DNA from: Limisphaerales bacterium
Lineage (GTDB): Bacteria > Verrucomicrobiota > Verrucomicrobiia > Limisphaerales > JAJOIW01
Assembly (NCBI GenBank): GCA_965657355.1
Contig: CBFHOE010000012.1
Span: 56,760 to 82,937 of the forward strand
Direction: 5' to 3'
Length of the DNA: 26,178 nucleotides
The notes beneath the pieces are model-generated. The model was not told the origin of the DNA. It was given only the letters and a program-made list of their open reading frames with translations, and did no database searches. Within the stretch, counting starts at the first letter, position 1. Each line of letters starts with the position of its first letter. Below, piece by piece: positions 14,455 through 24,610 of the stretch. A program made the position numbers and the translations under genes.

Positions 14455-17286
14455 CTATTTGAAATTTGTAAAACCTTCCCTCTGAAGGTCATAAATGACA
14501 ATTGCCTGCGAGGCTAAATTGGCGGCCTCACTCTTAGCCCTTGCCTTATTGACAACGGAATCTCTCGCGTTGTCATCAGGTTTGTAGGTGGTGTGCTTTT
14601 GGAAGTGGAATTCACTTTTTTGCGAATCTCCGGTTCTAGCATGAAGAAGTGCCAGGTTGTAATGAGCAGTGAGGTTTTCAGGATCGATCTCGAGCACATC
14701 ATTAAATCTCGAGATGGCTTGGTTGAAAAGTTGTCCCTGTTTCTCCGGGTTTCTACGCTCGCTTTTAGCTTGTTCAAAAAGTGTTAAACCCAATTCATTT
14801 ATAACGATGTAATCTCTGCTGAAATCCAGTTTTCTTTCTCTCATCTCAGGGTAGTCATCCTCCAGGATACTTCTGAATTGTTTGGCGGCTAGTTCTAAGT
14901 TTCCATTTTGTTTGTTCACTAGCCCAGAGAGCCAGGCAACTATCCACTGGTGAGGCTGAGGATTAAAATTAACAGCTCTATTCAGAGCGCTAACTGCTTC
15001 GTTTAGTCTTCCCTCTTTTATATAAAGTCTAGCGAGATTGATAGGCCCGTCTGGACGTCCTAATTTTTCCACCTCTTTGAATGCATTCTCGGCTTGCAAA
15101 AGCTCACCTTTATTTGCTCCTTTCTTTCCTCTCAGGAGGAGCCCAATGCCATAGTCATTCCACCTTTCCCATTCGAGAATTTCAGAAGGACTTTGTTTAA
15201 TTTCTTTGTCTTGGTTTTCTCCTTTAACCCCTAGTGTGATTGAGTCGGAAGCTATTTTTCTTATGGGTAGATCGTTAACTAATTCAAAACCCTTTGATAC
15301 GTCATAGTCATTACCGTAAACATGGTTAAAATAAATGGTGTCGAACTTTCTATAATTTAAGTCGACATTGATATTGATAGGCTCTGAAATTTCATCAGGA
15401 ATTTTTAATTTGTAATGAACAACAAAGCCCGTCCCTGGTGGCATCTGGTTGTTATATAACGGTGTATAGATATCCTGGGCATTACGACGGTCGATTCTGT
15501 TCCCGTTCTTATCGAGCATGTACACATTTGTGAAGTGTGCAAATGGGTCAACCTCATTAAATTTGCCGAGTCCACCAGATTGCCCGATGATGGTATTGCC
15601 ACTTTTCGCTTTGATATCCAGCCAAATTTCATTCGAATCAGCCGTGCCCTGAGGGAATATGTGGCCCAGCCTGAGAGTTCGTATGACTATTTCGATAAGA
15701 TAAGATTTACCTGGTTCGAGGATAGGTTCTTCCGGCCGCAGTGGAGCAATAAGTTTGGCGTTTATATTATCACCATCCTTCACTCCAAAAATATCCACTC
15801 TGAGGGAGTCTTTGCTGAATTCTTCGTGGGCTTTAACAATATCTGTATCACCTCGGAGATATGGCAAAGCCGTATTAGCTGAAGCAAATAAGTGGTCATG
15901 CACATATCTATTCTTTTTGTCCTTAGGATTAAAAAAGTTTGCCGCCAGATCATTGGATTTTCGCAATGGCATGTGGCATGAGCTGCAGTTCTCCGACGCT
16001 TGCTTAGGAAAGTAAAATGAGCGAGCCCCATGTCCCGGGCCGCTCAAAATGAATGAGTCGTAGTGGTTTTGTCCTCTCATCCAGTCTTTGTAGTGTGTTA
16101 GCTCGCCCGGAAGGCTGACTTTATGACAAGTTCCACAATATTCCTCCGTCTTCATGAAGTCTTTGAGGAACATTCGATTGTGAAACGCCGGTTTTGCCTT
16201 CACAAGTTGATTGTTGACGTATTGAAGGAATTTGTTAGTTGAATAAGCAAATGGGTAATGGATTGGTTCAGAGATAGTGTAGTCGGCATTTCCCTTCACG
16301 GAGTCGATACTCGTTATGGCATGGCACACCGTACAGGTGATTCCAGCGTGTGCTGCCTTATCATTGATGATGTCATAGTCCGGGTTATCAAATTTACCGC
16401 TGAAAAATGGAACTGGGTCATGACAACCAGCGCACCACCTGGATGCCTTCACATTGCCGTCCCGTTTCATCAATACATCACGGGTCTCTTCGATAGTAGA
16501 TAAGTAAAATGGATTATTAAATGAACTAAAATGATGAGAACTGTGATACCACCTGTCATGAATATCTTCATGACACTTCAGACAATAATCATCCATCATG
16601 AGTGATTTCTCTGAAATGAAGTTGCCAGTTGAGGTTTTCGCCAAGCTAGGTTGGAAATACTTTTCCCCCTCGCTTGATTTCAGCTCATTAGTTTTCGGGT
16701 GAAATCCATGTAGCAAAATAGCTGCTCCCAGTAAAATGGCTGTTCCTAAACCAAGTTTGATTCCTAGTTTCCATTTCATTCTAGGGCCAGCTAAGCGGTG
16801 AATAACATAGAGCCAAATAGCAAGAACAGGCGATATGATATGAATCCAATATGCCATGCTCCGCGCTTCGGGGTTTTTAAGTCCGACATTTTTTATACCG
16901 AATAAGTCTATTCTGGTTAGGGCGACTCCACTTATGAGAACAATGATGCCAGCCGCAAAGAGAGCATAACCAACTCTCACGGCGTTTTTGTTTGGTCTGT
17001 TTGAAGAATTCTTCATGTGAAGAATTCCAAAAATCAAATAGGGAATAATGAGGACAAGGCCCAAAACTAAATGGCCCAAAAACATTATTTGATAGAAGTA
17101 ATTTTGGTAGATAACTGGCTTGTTAACCCATTCTAAAAAAGTGACACCAGCCAAATAGAAGGAGTTAGCTCCTAACAGAGATACCAAGCCGAAAACCACA
17201 TATAGCAAAATCCTGAGCCGTGGACCAATGGATCTCACGTATTTTACTTTGCCTTTGGATTTGGACGAATTTCCTGTGTGTCTCAT
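14455..17286 (-). CDS. Membrane-anchored pentaheme c-type cytochrome with N-terminal multi-TM domain and C-terminal TPR repeats
   Basis: About 5 hydrophobic helices in residues ~25-195; five CxxCH motifs (CLKCH, CAGCH, CTVCH, CGTCH, CSSCH); candidate distal ligands HDHLF and GHIFPQG; TPR-like helices at the C-terminus (NLARLYIKEGRLNEAVSAL, AHYNLALLH). Confidence 0.88.
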   Translation of the reverse strand: MRHTGNSSKSKGKVKYVRSIGPRLRILLYVVFGLVSLLGANSFYLAGVTFLEWVNKPVIYQNYFYQIMFLGHLVLGLVLIIPYLIFGILHMKNSSNRPNKNAVRVGYALFAAGIIVLISGVALTRIDLFGIKNVGLKNPEARSMAYWIHIISPVLAIWLYVIHRLAGPRMKWKLGIKLGLGTAILLGAAILLHGFHPKTNELKSSEGEKYFQPSLAKTSTGNFISEKSLMMDDYCLKCHEDIHDRWYHSSHHFSSFNNPFYLSTIEETRDVLMKRDGNVKASRWCAGCHDPVPFFSGKFDNPDYDIINDKAAHAGITCTVCHAITSIDSVKGNADYTISEPIHYPFAYSTNKFLQYVNNQLVKAKPAFHNRMFLKDFMKTEEYCGTCHKVSLPGELTHYKDWMRGQNHYDSFILSGPGHGARSFYFPKQASENCSSCHMPLRKSNDLAANFFNPKDKKNRYVHDHLFASANTALPYLRGDTDIVKAHEEFSKDSLRVDIFGVKDGDNINAKLIAPLRPEEPILEPGKSYLIEIVIRTLRLGHIFPQGTADSNEIWLDIKAKSGNTIIGQSGGLGKFNEVDPFAHFTNVYMLDKNGNRIDRRNAQDIYTPLYNNQMPPGTGFVVHYKLKIPDEISEPININVDLNYRKFDTIYFNHVYGNDYDVSKGFELVNDLPIRKIASDSITLGVKGENQDKEIKQSPSEILEWERWNDYGIGLLLRGKKGANKGELLQAENAFKEVEKLGRPDGPINLARLYIKEGRLNEAVSALNRAVNFNPQPHQWIVAWLSGLVNKQNGNLELAAKQFRSILEDDYPEMRERKLDFSRDYIVINELGLTLFEQAKSERRNPEKQGQLFNQAISRFNDVLEIDPENLTAHYNLALLHARTGDSQKSEFHFQKHTTYKPDDNARDSVVNKARAKSEAANLASQAIVIYDLQREGFTNFK

Positions 17287-17405
17287 TTTTTTCTAGTTTG
17301 GCCACTCCATCAGCACCAAGCAAAGGTGAAAATCAGCGCAGTTAATCTCCTTCCTCATATTGTGCATGACCAATAATAGAGCATAGATTATGATCAAGTC
17401 CAGTT

Positions 17406-19283
17406 ATGGGGAATTTTCAAAATGAAAATGAAGAATTAGTGTCATCCGACGATAGTATCATTGCCAAGGCCTTAAAAGTTTCTGGCTGGATACTCCTCAT
17501 GATATTCGCTATCGCAGGGATTGTGTTCTTTTTGATCAACAGGCCCGAGGGCAAAGGAGAAGTGACCAGGACAGATATTTCTGCGCCAGTGCAAAAAGAA
17601 GAAAATGTTTCTTCAACCCCAATTGTTACGTTTGAGGATGTCACTCAATCATCAGGAATCGATTTTATCCACAACAACGGCGCTACTGGTGAGAAAATGC
17701 TTCCCGAAAGCTTGGGCGGGGGCGTTGCTTTTCTGGATTTCGACAATGACGGAGATCAGGATCTCTTATTCATCAATTCGACATGGTGGAAATGGGACTT
17801 AGAGAAAAATACAGAACTAGAACCAACCACTAGCCAGTTATACAGAAATGACACTCCCCAAAATGGACCAGTCAAATTTACCAACGTCACTTTAGGATCT
17901 GGATTAGATCAGCCACTTTTCGGGATGGGATTGGCACTGGGTGATTATGATAACGATGGATTTGTTGATATTTTTATTTCTGCAGTGGGCGAGAATGTCC
18001 TGTTTAGAAATCTAGGTAACGGGAAATTTACTGACGTCACACAGTCCTCCGGAACTTCTGGTGGTGAGGATGAATGGAGTACTGCTGCGACTTTTTTTGA
18101 TTATGATAACGATGGATTACTTGACCTGTTTGTCGGAAATTACGTCAAATGGAATCGTGAGATAGATTTAAAAGTTAATTTTACCATCGATGGTTCAACG
18201 CGAGCATATGGCCCGCCCACTGATTTTGAGGGGCGTTTTGCTCGTCTTTACAAAAATAAAGGAAATGGAAGTTTCGAAGACGTCAGTGAACTTGCGAATA
18301 TCAATGTCAGAAATAATGCCACAATGGCTCCAGTTTCCAAAACTTTAGGCGTAGCACCTTTTGATTTTAATGATGATGGCTGGGTTGACATCATGGTGGC
18401 TAACGACACCGTCAGAAATCTTTTGTTCATTAACAAAGGTGATGGAACATTTAAAGAAAGGGGATCCTTATGTGGTGTCGCTTTTGATAGTAATGGAAAT
18501 ACACGCGGAGCTATGGGGATTGATGTTGCAAATTACAGGAATTCAAATGACGTTGGTATTGCCATTGGTAACTTCACCAATGAAATGACTTCTCTATACG
18601 TAACGCAAGGGCAGTCGCTTTTATTCGCAGACGAAGCCATAGCGGAGGGAATCGGCCCTACCAGCCGGTTGTCATTAAAATTTGGGATCTTCTTCTGGGA
18701 TTATGATTTGGATGGATGGCAGGATATTCTTTCTGTCAACGGGCATTTGGATGAGGACGTCGTGAAAGTCCAAAAGAGTCAAACCTACAAACAACCAGCT
18801 TTATTATATTGGAATGACCAAGGCAACGGGTTTGTTAATATTCAAAAGGAAAATGCTAGAGGGGATATTTTTACACCAATTGTCGGTCGGGGCTGTGCTT
18901 ATGCAGATATTGATAAAGATGGTGATTTAGACATAGTGTTTACGCAAATTAATGGAGCTCCAATGCTTCTGAAAAATAACATTTCAGGAGAAAATAAGTC
19001 CTTGCGAATTAAATTAATAGGTAGTGGAAAGGTTAACAAAGACGCCATTGGCTCCAAAGTCATTTTGTATCAGGGCAGCGATACTATACAAAAGCGATTT
19101 GTAACACCAACTCGTGGATATTTATCACAATCAGAATCCATAATGACATTCGGCTTGGGGCAATCACCTTCATTCGATCGCATTGAGATAATTTGGGCTG
19201 GCGGTGAAACTCAATTAATCCAATTAGACGATTTAGAGATCGGTGGTGGCGCGATAAATTCCATAGTCCATTCGCAAAACTAG
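17406..19283 (+). CDS. CRTAC1 family protein (FG-GAP propeller + ASPIC/UnbV domain) with N-terminal membrane anchor
   Basis: One TM segment (GWILLMIFAIAGIVFFLI); FEDVTQSSGIDF.H; six DxDxDG-type loops (DFDNDGDQD, DYDNDGFVD, DYDNDGLLD, DFNDDGWVD, DYDLDGWQD, DIDKDGDLD); ASPIC/UnbV tail NKDAIGSKV...GYLSQS....FGLG...I.W. Confidence 0.92.
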   Translation: MGNFQNENEELVSSDDSIIAKALKVSGWILLMIFAIAGIVFFLINRPEGKGEVTRTDISAPVQKEENVSSTPIVTFEDVTQSSGIDFIHNNGATGEKMLPESLGGGVAFLDFDNDGDQDLLFINSTWWKWDLEKNTELEPTTSQLYRNDTPQNGPVKFTNVTLGSGLDQPLFGMGLALGDYDNDGFVDIFISAVGENVLFRNLGNGKFTDVTQSSGTSGGEDEWSTAATFFDYDNDGLLDLFVGNYVKWNREIDLKVNFTIDGSTRAYGPPTDFEGRFARLYKNKGNGSFEDVSELANINVRNNATMAPVSKTLGVAPFDFNDDGWVDIMVANDTVRNLLFINKGDGTFKERGSLCGVAFDSNGNTRGAMGIDVANYRNSNDVGIAIGNFTNEMTSLYVTQGQSLLFADEAIAEGIGPTSRLSLKFGIFFWDYDLDGWQDILSVNGHLDEDVVKVQKSQTYKQPALLYWNDQGNGFVNIQKENARGDIFTPIVGRGCAYADIDKDGDLDIVFTQINGAPMLLKNNISGENKSLRIKLIGSGKVNKDAIGSKVILYQGSDTIQKRFVTPTRGYLSQSESIMTFGLGQSPSFDRIEIIWAGGETQLIQLDDLEIGGGAINSIVHSQN

Positions 19284-19392
19284 GATAGGTTGTCTAACTT
19301 ACAAAATATTACCTCCAATCTGATCTGTTTTTCGATGAAATCCTTGGCGAAATCATATTGGATTTTGCTGGAAATTGTGTCAATCTTTCAGC

Positions 19393-22300
19393 ATGAAGCT
19401 CTTATTAAGTCCTGGTGCTCGAAATTATTCAAGTGCTTGCCAATCACTTCTTTCCTTTTTTTGCGCCTCATTGATCTTAACAGTGACTTCACCTTCCTCT
19501 GTTCAGGCTATTGATTTTAACCAAGACATTCGACCGTTACTTTCCAATAACTGTTTTGCTTGTCATGGTCCAGATGCTGAAACTCGTGAGGCCGACCTTC
19601 GTCTAGACATTAGAAAGGATGCCATCAAGGATAATGATGGGATCCAAGCTATTGTTCCGGGAAATGCAAAGGAGAGTGAAATTATACTGCGTATATTCTC
19701 AGACGATCCTGATTCGGTAATGCCTCCTCCAGATTCCCAAAAGAAATTGAGTGCGCTTGAAAAAGAAACTTTAAAGAAATGGGTTGAAAGTGGGGCTCCT
19801 TACCAAGAACACTGGTCATTTCAGCCAATCGCGAGCCATGAGGTTCCTCATGTAACTTCCTCAATACATAATTCTGATTTGAGCGACATTGATAGGTTTC
19901 TTTTGAGGAAATTGAGATCTAAAGATTTGGACCTATCTCCAACAGCTGATCCCACTACCTTAATAAGACGGCTGTCTTTCGATCTATTAGGACTGCCTGC
20001 AAGATCTGAGTGGGTCGAAAAATACTCCTCTAACCCAACCCAAGAAACTTACTCAAAGATAGTTGATGAAATGATAGCCAGTCCTCATTTCGGCGAAAGA
20101 ATGGCCGTATTTTGGTTAGATCTTGTGCGTTATGCCGATACGATTGGTTACCACTCCGATACCCACAGGGAAGTATCAGGATATAGAGATTACGTTATTA
20201 ACTCCTTTAATTTTAACAAACGCTACGACCAATTCACAATTGAGCAATTAGCAGGTGATCTACTCGATCAAAGTAATCCATGGAATAGAATTGCCTCCGG
20301 ATACAATAGGCTCCTTCAAACAACAGAAGAGGGAGGAGCCCAAGCTAAAGAATATAGAGCTATATATGCGGCTGACAGAGTCAGAAATGTGTCTGGTGTT
20401 TGGCTAGGAACAACCATGGGGTGTGCTCAATGCCATGACCATAAATATGATCCATTTACTATGAAAGATTTTTACTCGTTGGCCGCTTTTTTCGACGATA
20501 TCAAAGAACCTGCCGTAGGAAAACAACAACCCAACTTTAAAGTTCCAGACCCCAGCTTGCAGAATCAAATCCATTCATTGGATCAAGAACTGGAGCACTT
20601 AAGATCAATCGCTATTCAAGATCAAAATTTGGGGCTCATGCAATTCCATTCCCTAGCATCAATACCCAAGGAAACAAAAGTGGTTAATATTGGCGATTCT
20701 GAGATTAAAAACAAATTATCAAAAGCTTTGGGGATTCATTCTTTCGGTAATCCGGAAGTTATTGCACTCGATGAAGGTCAATATCAGAGAGGGTTTTCGG
20801 ATTTAGTTACCACGGCTGTCGAAATAAAAAGCGAACTAAATATCAAGCAGACCCCAAAGGAATTTTTCTTTATCGTCAGAATTATCAACGGAGATAATTC
20901 AAAACTATCTATTTCACTGGGTGAAAAAGAGGTCTTATCCAATTTTGATCATGACAAATTTTCGCCCAATGGTCATCCAATGGTTATTAGTCTTAGGCCA
21001 TTTGTTGATACTAAATTGTCGCGAAAATTGCGTTTCAATCTAAGTGGTGACGGTAGGGTGATGCTCTGCGCTATTGGTGAGTGGGATGGTCTGGATAAGA
21101 GCATTGCTCTTTCCAAAAAAGATGGGATTAAGCTAGTGGAGGAATTCGAAGGTAGCGACCCATTCGTGCAGCTCATCAAGCCTTTAAAAGTAACATCATC
21201 AGGTGGCGCGATTCTGGAAGATCTTGGTGATGGTAGTTTCCTGTCAAAAGGCGAAAACCCAGCCAAAGATACATACAGTGTTGTCATACCTCTTAATGAG
21301 GAGACGCAAATCCATGGGCTATACCTAGAGGCTCTTCGTCATGAATCACTTGCGTCAAAAAGTTTGTCCAGGGCGAATGGCAATTTTGTACTCTCAGGTG
21401 TCGAAGTCTACGCGGTCCGAAAGGGGAAAAGAACTCCGGTAAAACTCGCCAAACCATCCGCCAGTTTTGAACAGGGCGGATGGCCTATTGCTGGAACAAT
21501 TGATAACAATCCCAAAACTGGTTGGGCTGTGGAAGGGTGGCAAAAGTTTGCAGACCGACAAGCTTTGTTTCCTTTTACCCAAAACGTTACCGCTGTTGAT
21601 GGTTCTCAACTAGAGGTCCTTCTCAAACACGAATCCGATCATGCCCAGCACAACATTGGCAGATTTAGACTTAGCGTTTTGACAAAACCAATCAAAAAGC
21701 TGGAAGGTTTGAAACCTCTTCCTCAAGAATTTGCAGGAGCTATAGCTAAAATTGGCAGTGATAATTCTAAATTACAGCTTAATTCTCTTCTTACTCTCGT
21801 TAACTATGCTCGGCAAAACTCCTCTCTATTTAAAGATTACAGAATGGCGGTCTCTGGGTTGGAAAAACGAATAAAGGCATTGACCTCAAATTTAAGGTCG
21901 ATGCTTGTCGTCGAAAGAGTTGAGCCCCGAATGACCAGAGTATTAGCACGTGGAAATTGGCTCGACGAAACTGGTGAAGTCGTTTCCCCTGCCATACCTG
22001 CTTTTCTTCCCAAAGGGAAGGCATTTGCTGCCGGCGATAGCGCGGCAGCAGCTAGACCGAATCGTTTGCATTTAGCTCAATGGATAACCGATGACCAGAA
22101 CCCACTGACGGCTCGTGCTTTTGCTAACAGGATGTGGAAATTATTTTATGGCCATGGCTTATCAAGAAACCTCGACGATATCGGTGGACAAGGGGAGCCA
22201 CCCACGCACCCCGAGTTACTTGACTACCTTGCAAATCAGTTCAAGGATGGTGGTTGGAATATTAAAAAGTTTGTTCGAGAGCTGGTGATGGCCAAAGCCT

Positions 22301-23106
22301 ATCAACAATCATCTAAACCTACCCATTGGCTTGCAGAAAACGATCCCGGAAATAGGCTTTTTGCGCGTCAATCCCGTTTCAGGATCGATGCGGAATTCGT
22401 CAGGGACACGGCGCTCTCCGTCAGTGGTTTATTAGTCGACAGTGTCGGCGGTGGTAACGCAAAGCCCTACCAGCCTGCGGGGTATTGGCAGCACCTCAAT
22501 TTTCCAAAGCGTAAATATCAGGCAGACTCTGGTGAAGGACTATATCGAAGAGGAATCTATACTTTTTGGTGTAGAACTTTCTTGCACCCGGCTATGTTGG
22601 CATTTGACGCTCCGAGTAGAGAAGAATGCACGGCTGAGAGGGCCCGCTCCAACACACCTCAGCAAGCACTCGTACTGCTCAATGATGTTCAGTTTGTTGA
22701 AGCTGCTAATGCATTAGCCAATCAGTCATTAGTCGATTTAGTAAATCATAAGCAGACCGCCGATAAACTACCCCTCGCTTTGATAGATGGTGCAAAAACC
22801 GAATCCGCTTCTGGAGCGTTTCATGCAGATTCTTATTCTCAAATGTCCTTTCCAACTAACCTAATTACCAGGGTATTTCACAGAGCCACTTCTAGATTTC
22901 CAGATGAATTGGAGCTATCCGTTCTCTCTGAACTGTATGAAAACGAACAAAAAAGATTTAGAGAAAATTTTGAAGATGCAAAAGCACTTCTGATGACAGG
23001 GAATTCTAAAATTAATTTTAATGAAGAAAATGCAGGTGAGAAAGCAGCCCTCGCAAGTGTCGCTCGGACAGTGATAAATCTGTACGAAACTATGGCGCGA
23101 TATTAA
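19393..23106 (+). CDS. PSD1 and planctomycete cytochrome c domain protein (PSCyt1 + DUF1549 + large central insert + DUF1553)
   Basis: DFNQDIRPLLSNNCFACHGPD..LRLD..MPP; LIRRLSFDLLGLP; HFGERMAVFWLDLVRYAD; CAQCHDHKYDP; RLHLAQWI, NPLTARAFANR, PTHPELLDYLA, AEFVRD, NTPQQAL.LLND. The track start at 19375 is TTG; the ATG at 19393 is more likely. Confidence 0.93.
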   Translation: MKLLLSPGARNYSSACQSLLSFFCASLILTVTSPSSVQAIDFNQDIRPLLSNNCFACHGPDAETREADLRLDIRKDAIKDNDGIQAIVPGNAKESEIILRIFSDDPDSVMPPPDSQKKLSALEKETLKKWVESGAPYQEHWSFQPIASHEVPHVTSSIHNSDLSDIDRFLLRKLRSKDLDLSPTADPTTLIRRLSFDLLGLPARSEWVEKYSSNPTQETYSKIVDEMIASPHFGERMAVFWLDLVRYADTIGYHSDTHREVSGYRDYVINSFNFNKRYDQFTIEQLAGDLLDQSNPWNRIASGYNRLLQTTEEGGAQAKEYRAIYAADRVRNVSGVWLGTTMGCAQCHDHKYDPFTMKDFYSLAAFFDDIKEPAVGKQQPNFKVPDPSLQNQIHSLDQELEHLRSIAIQDQNLGLMQFHSLASIPKETKVVNIGDSEIKNKLSKALGIHSFGNPEVIALDEGQYQRGFSDLVTTAVEIKSELNIKQTPKEFFFIVRIINGDNSKLSISLGEKEVLSNFDHDKFSPNGHPMVISLRPFVDTKLSRKLRFNLSGDGRVMLCAIGEWDGLDKSIALSKKDGIKLVEEFEGSDPFVQLIKPLKVTSSGGAILEDLGDGSFLSKGENPAKDTYSVVIPLNEETQIHGLYLEALRHESLASKSLSRANGNFVLSGVEVYAVRKGKRTPVKLAKPSASFEQGGWPIAGTIDNNPKTGWAVEGWQKFADRQALFPFTQNVTAVDGSQLEVLLKHESDHAQHNIGRFRLSVLTKPIKKLEGLKPLPQEFAGAIAKIGSDNSKLQLNSLLTLVNYARQNSSLFKDYRMAVSGLEKRIKALTSNLRSMLVVERVEPRMTRVLARGNWLDETGEVVSPAIPAFLPKGKAFAAGDSAAAARPNRLHLAQWITDDQNPLTARAFANRMWKLFYGHGLSRNLDDIGGQGEPPTHPELLDYLANQFKDGGWNIKKFVRELVMAKAYQQSSKPTHWLAENDPGNRLFARQSRFRIDAEFVRDTALSVSGLLVDSVGGGNAKPYQPAGYWQHLNFPKRKYQADSGEGLYRRGIYTFWCRTFLHPAMLAFDAPSREECTAERARSNTPQQALVLLNDVQFVEAANALANQSLVDLVNHKQTADKLPLALIDGAKTESASGAFHADSYSQMSFPTNLITRVFHRATSRFPDELELSVLSELYENEQKRFRENFEDAKALLMTGNSKINFNEENAGEKAALASVARTVINLYETMARY

Positions 23107-23151
23107 TTTAAATAAGATAACTAGCAGTTTACTTAACCCATTCGACCCGAC

Positions 23152-24579
23152 ATGAATATTAACCAAGAATTGGCCTCTCAAATAAAACGTCGAACTTTTT
23201 TGAGAAATACTGGATATGGGATAGGAGGTATGGCATTAAGTCACCTTCTCTTGCAAGACGCTAAATCAGAAAAGTGGAATGGGGTCATAAATCCTGCCCA
23301 CCTCCCGAGGAAGGCCAAGCGAGTTATACATTTATGTATGGCGGGTGGTCCTTCCCATTTGGAAACTTTAGATTACAAACCAGTATTAGCCGAACAGCAC
23401 GGTAAACCCATGCCTCAAAGTTTGACTAAAGGGCAGCCTATCGCGCAACTACAGGGCAGGGAGCTAAAATGCCTTGGGCCGCAACATACTTTTTCACCAA
23501 GCGGCAATTCGGGGCAAATGATTTCTGATGCACTCCCTAACATCCAATCCATAGCAGATGATATTTGTATTGTTCGTTCCTTAACGACAAAGCAGATAAA
23601 CCACGACCCTGCCCATACCTTTATGAATACTGGTACACAAATATCGGGTAGACCAAGTATGGGCTCTTGGGTTTTATATGGACTCGGAGCTGATGCCGAT
23701 AATTTGCCCGGATTTGTAGTCCTGACATCAAGTGGTGGGGGGCAAGACCAACCCATAGCTAGTCGCCAATGGCATAGCGGGTTTTTGCCTAGTCAATTCC
23801 AGGGCGTGCACTTTCATTCCAAAGGAGATCCTGTGTTGTATTTATCAAGACCTAATGGGGTTTCTCTAGGTGCCCAGCGCAAGGTAGTAGATGCCGTTCA
23901 AAAACTTAATTCTCGGAGAAATGCGGAGGTTCGGGATCCCGAAATTTCAACACGTATTTCTCAATACGAGATGGCCTTCAAAATGCAAGTCAGTGTGCCC
24001 GAGTTAGTTGATTTTGAACAAGAACCACAACATGTGCTTGAAATGTATGGTGCAAAGCCCGGTGATGGGTCCTTTGCAAGTAACTGTATTCTAGCTCGTA
24101 GAATGGCTGAACGTGGAGTCAGATTTATTCAACTCTATCATCGAGGTTGGGACCACCATGGTGGTGTGAAGAATGGAGTCTTAACGACAGCTAGGCACGT
24201 GGATAAAGCCTCCGCCGCTTTGATAAAAGATCTCAAGCAAAGAGGAATGCTTGATGATACTTTAGTGGTTTGGGGTGGGGAATTCGGGAGAACGCCCATG
24301 TCACAAGGCGGTGGAAACAACCCAGGCCGAGATCACCATATAAAAGGGTTTTCCTTTTGGCTAGCTGGCGGTGGAATCAAACCAGGGTTATCATACGGAA
24401 ATACGGACGATTTTGGGTATAATGCGGTTGAAGACGTGGTCAGTGTTCATGATTTTCATGCCACCATGCTCAACCAACTAGGCATCGATCACAAGGCATT
24501 TAGTTATAGATTTCAGGGACTAGATATGCGATTGACTGGCGTCGAAGAAGCACATGTTCTTTCAAAAATTCTGTCATAA
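23152..24579 (+). CDS. DUF1501 domain protein (probable Tat substrate)
   Basis: Twin-arginine KRRTFLR; AKRVIHLCMAGGPSHLETLDYKP; NHDPA; ARRMAERGVRFIQLYHRGWDHH; WGGEFGRTP; GRDHH; HDFHAT; 45 nt after the PSD1 gene. Confidence 0.94.
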   Translation: MNINQELASQIKRRTFLRNTGYGIGGMALSHLLLQDAKSEKWNGVINPAHLPRKAKRVIHLCMAGGPSHLETLDYKPVLAEQHGKPMPQSLTKGQPIAQLQGRELKCLGPQHTFSPSGNSGQMISDALPNIQSIADDICIVRSLTTKQINHDPAHTFMNTGTQISGRPSMGSWVLYGLGADADNLPGFVVLTSSGGGQDQPIASRQWHSGFLPSQFQGVHFHSKGDPVLYLSRPNGVSLGAQRKVVDAVQKLNSRRNAEVRDPEISTRISQYEMAFKMQVSVPELVDFEQEPQHVLEMYGAKPGDGSFASNCILARRMAERGVRFIQLYHRGWDHHGGVKNGVLTTARHVDKASAALIKDLKQRGMLDDTLVVWGGEFGRTPMSQGGGNNPGRDHHIKGFSFWLAGGGIKPGLSYGNTDDFGYNAVEDVVSVHDFHATMLNQLGIDHKAFSYRFQGLDMRLTGVEEAHVLSKILS

Positions 24580-24610
24580 ATATTCAGACACTTATTTAGG
24601 GTTAGGAAAA

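Noticed and set aside
13393..18931. Recurring GAY-NNN-GAY-NNN-GAY-GGN DNA motifs as a repeat or CRISPR array
   Set aside because: These are the codons of FG-GAP DxDxDG loops in two proteins, irregularly spaced and variable at synonymous positions.
19290..19514. 74-aa + strand ORF between CRTAC1 and PSD1
   Set aside because: TTG start, overlaps the PSD1 signal-peptide region in another frame, and has no motif support.
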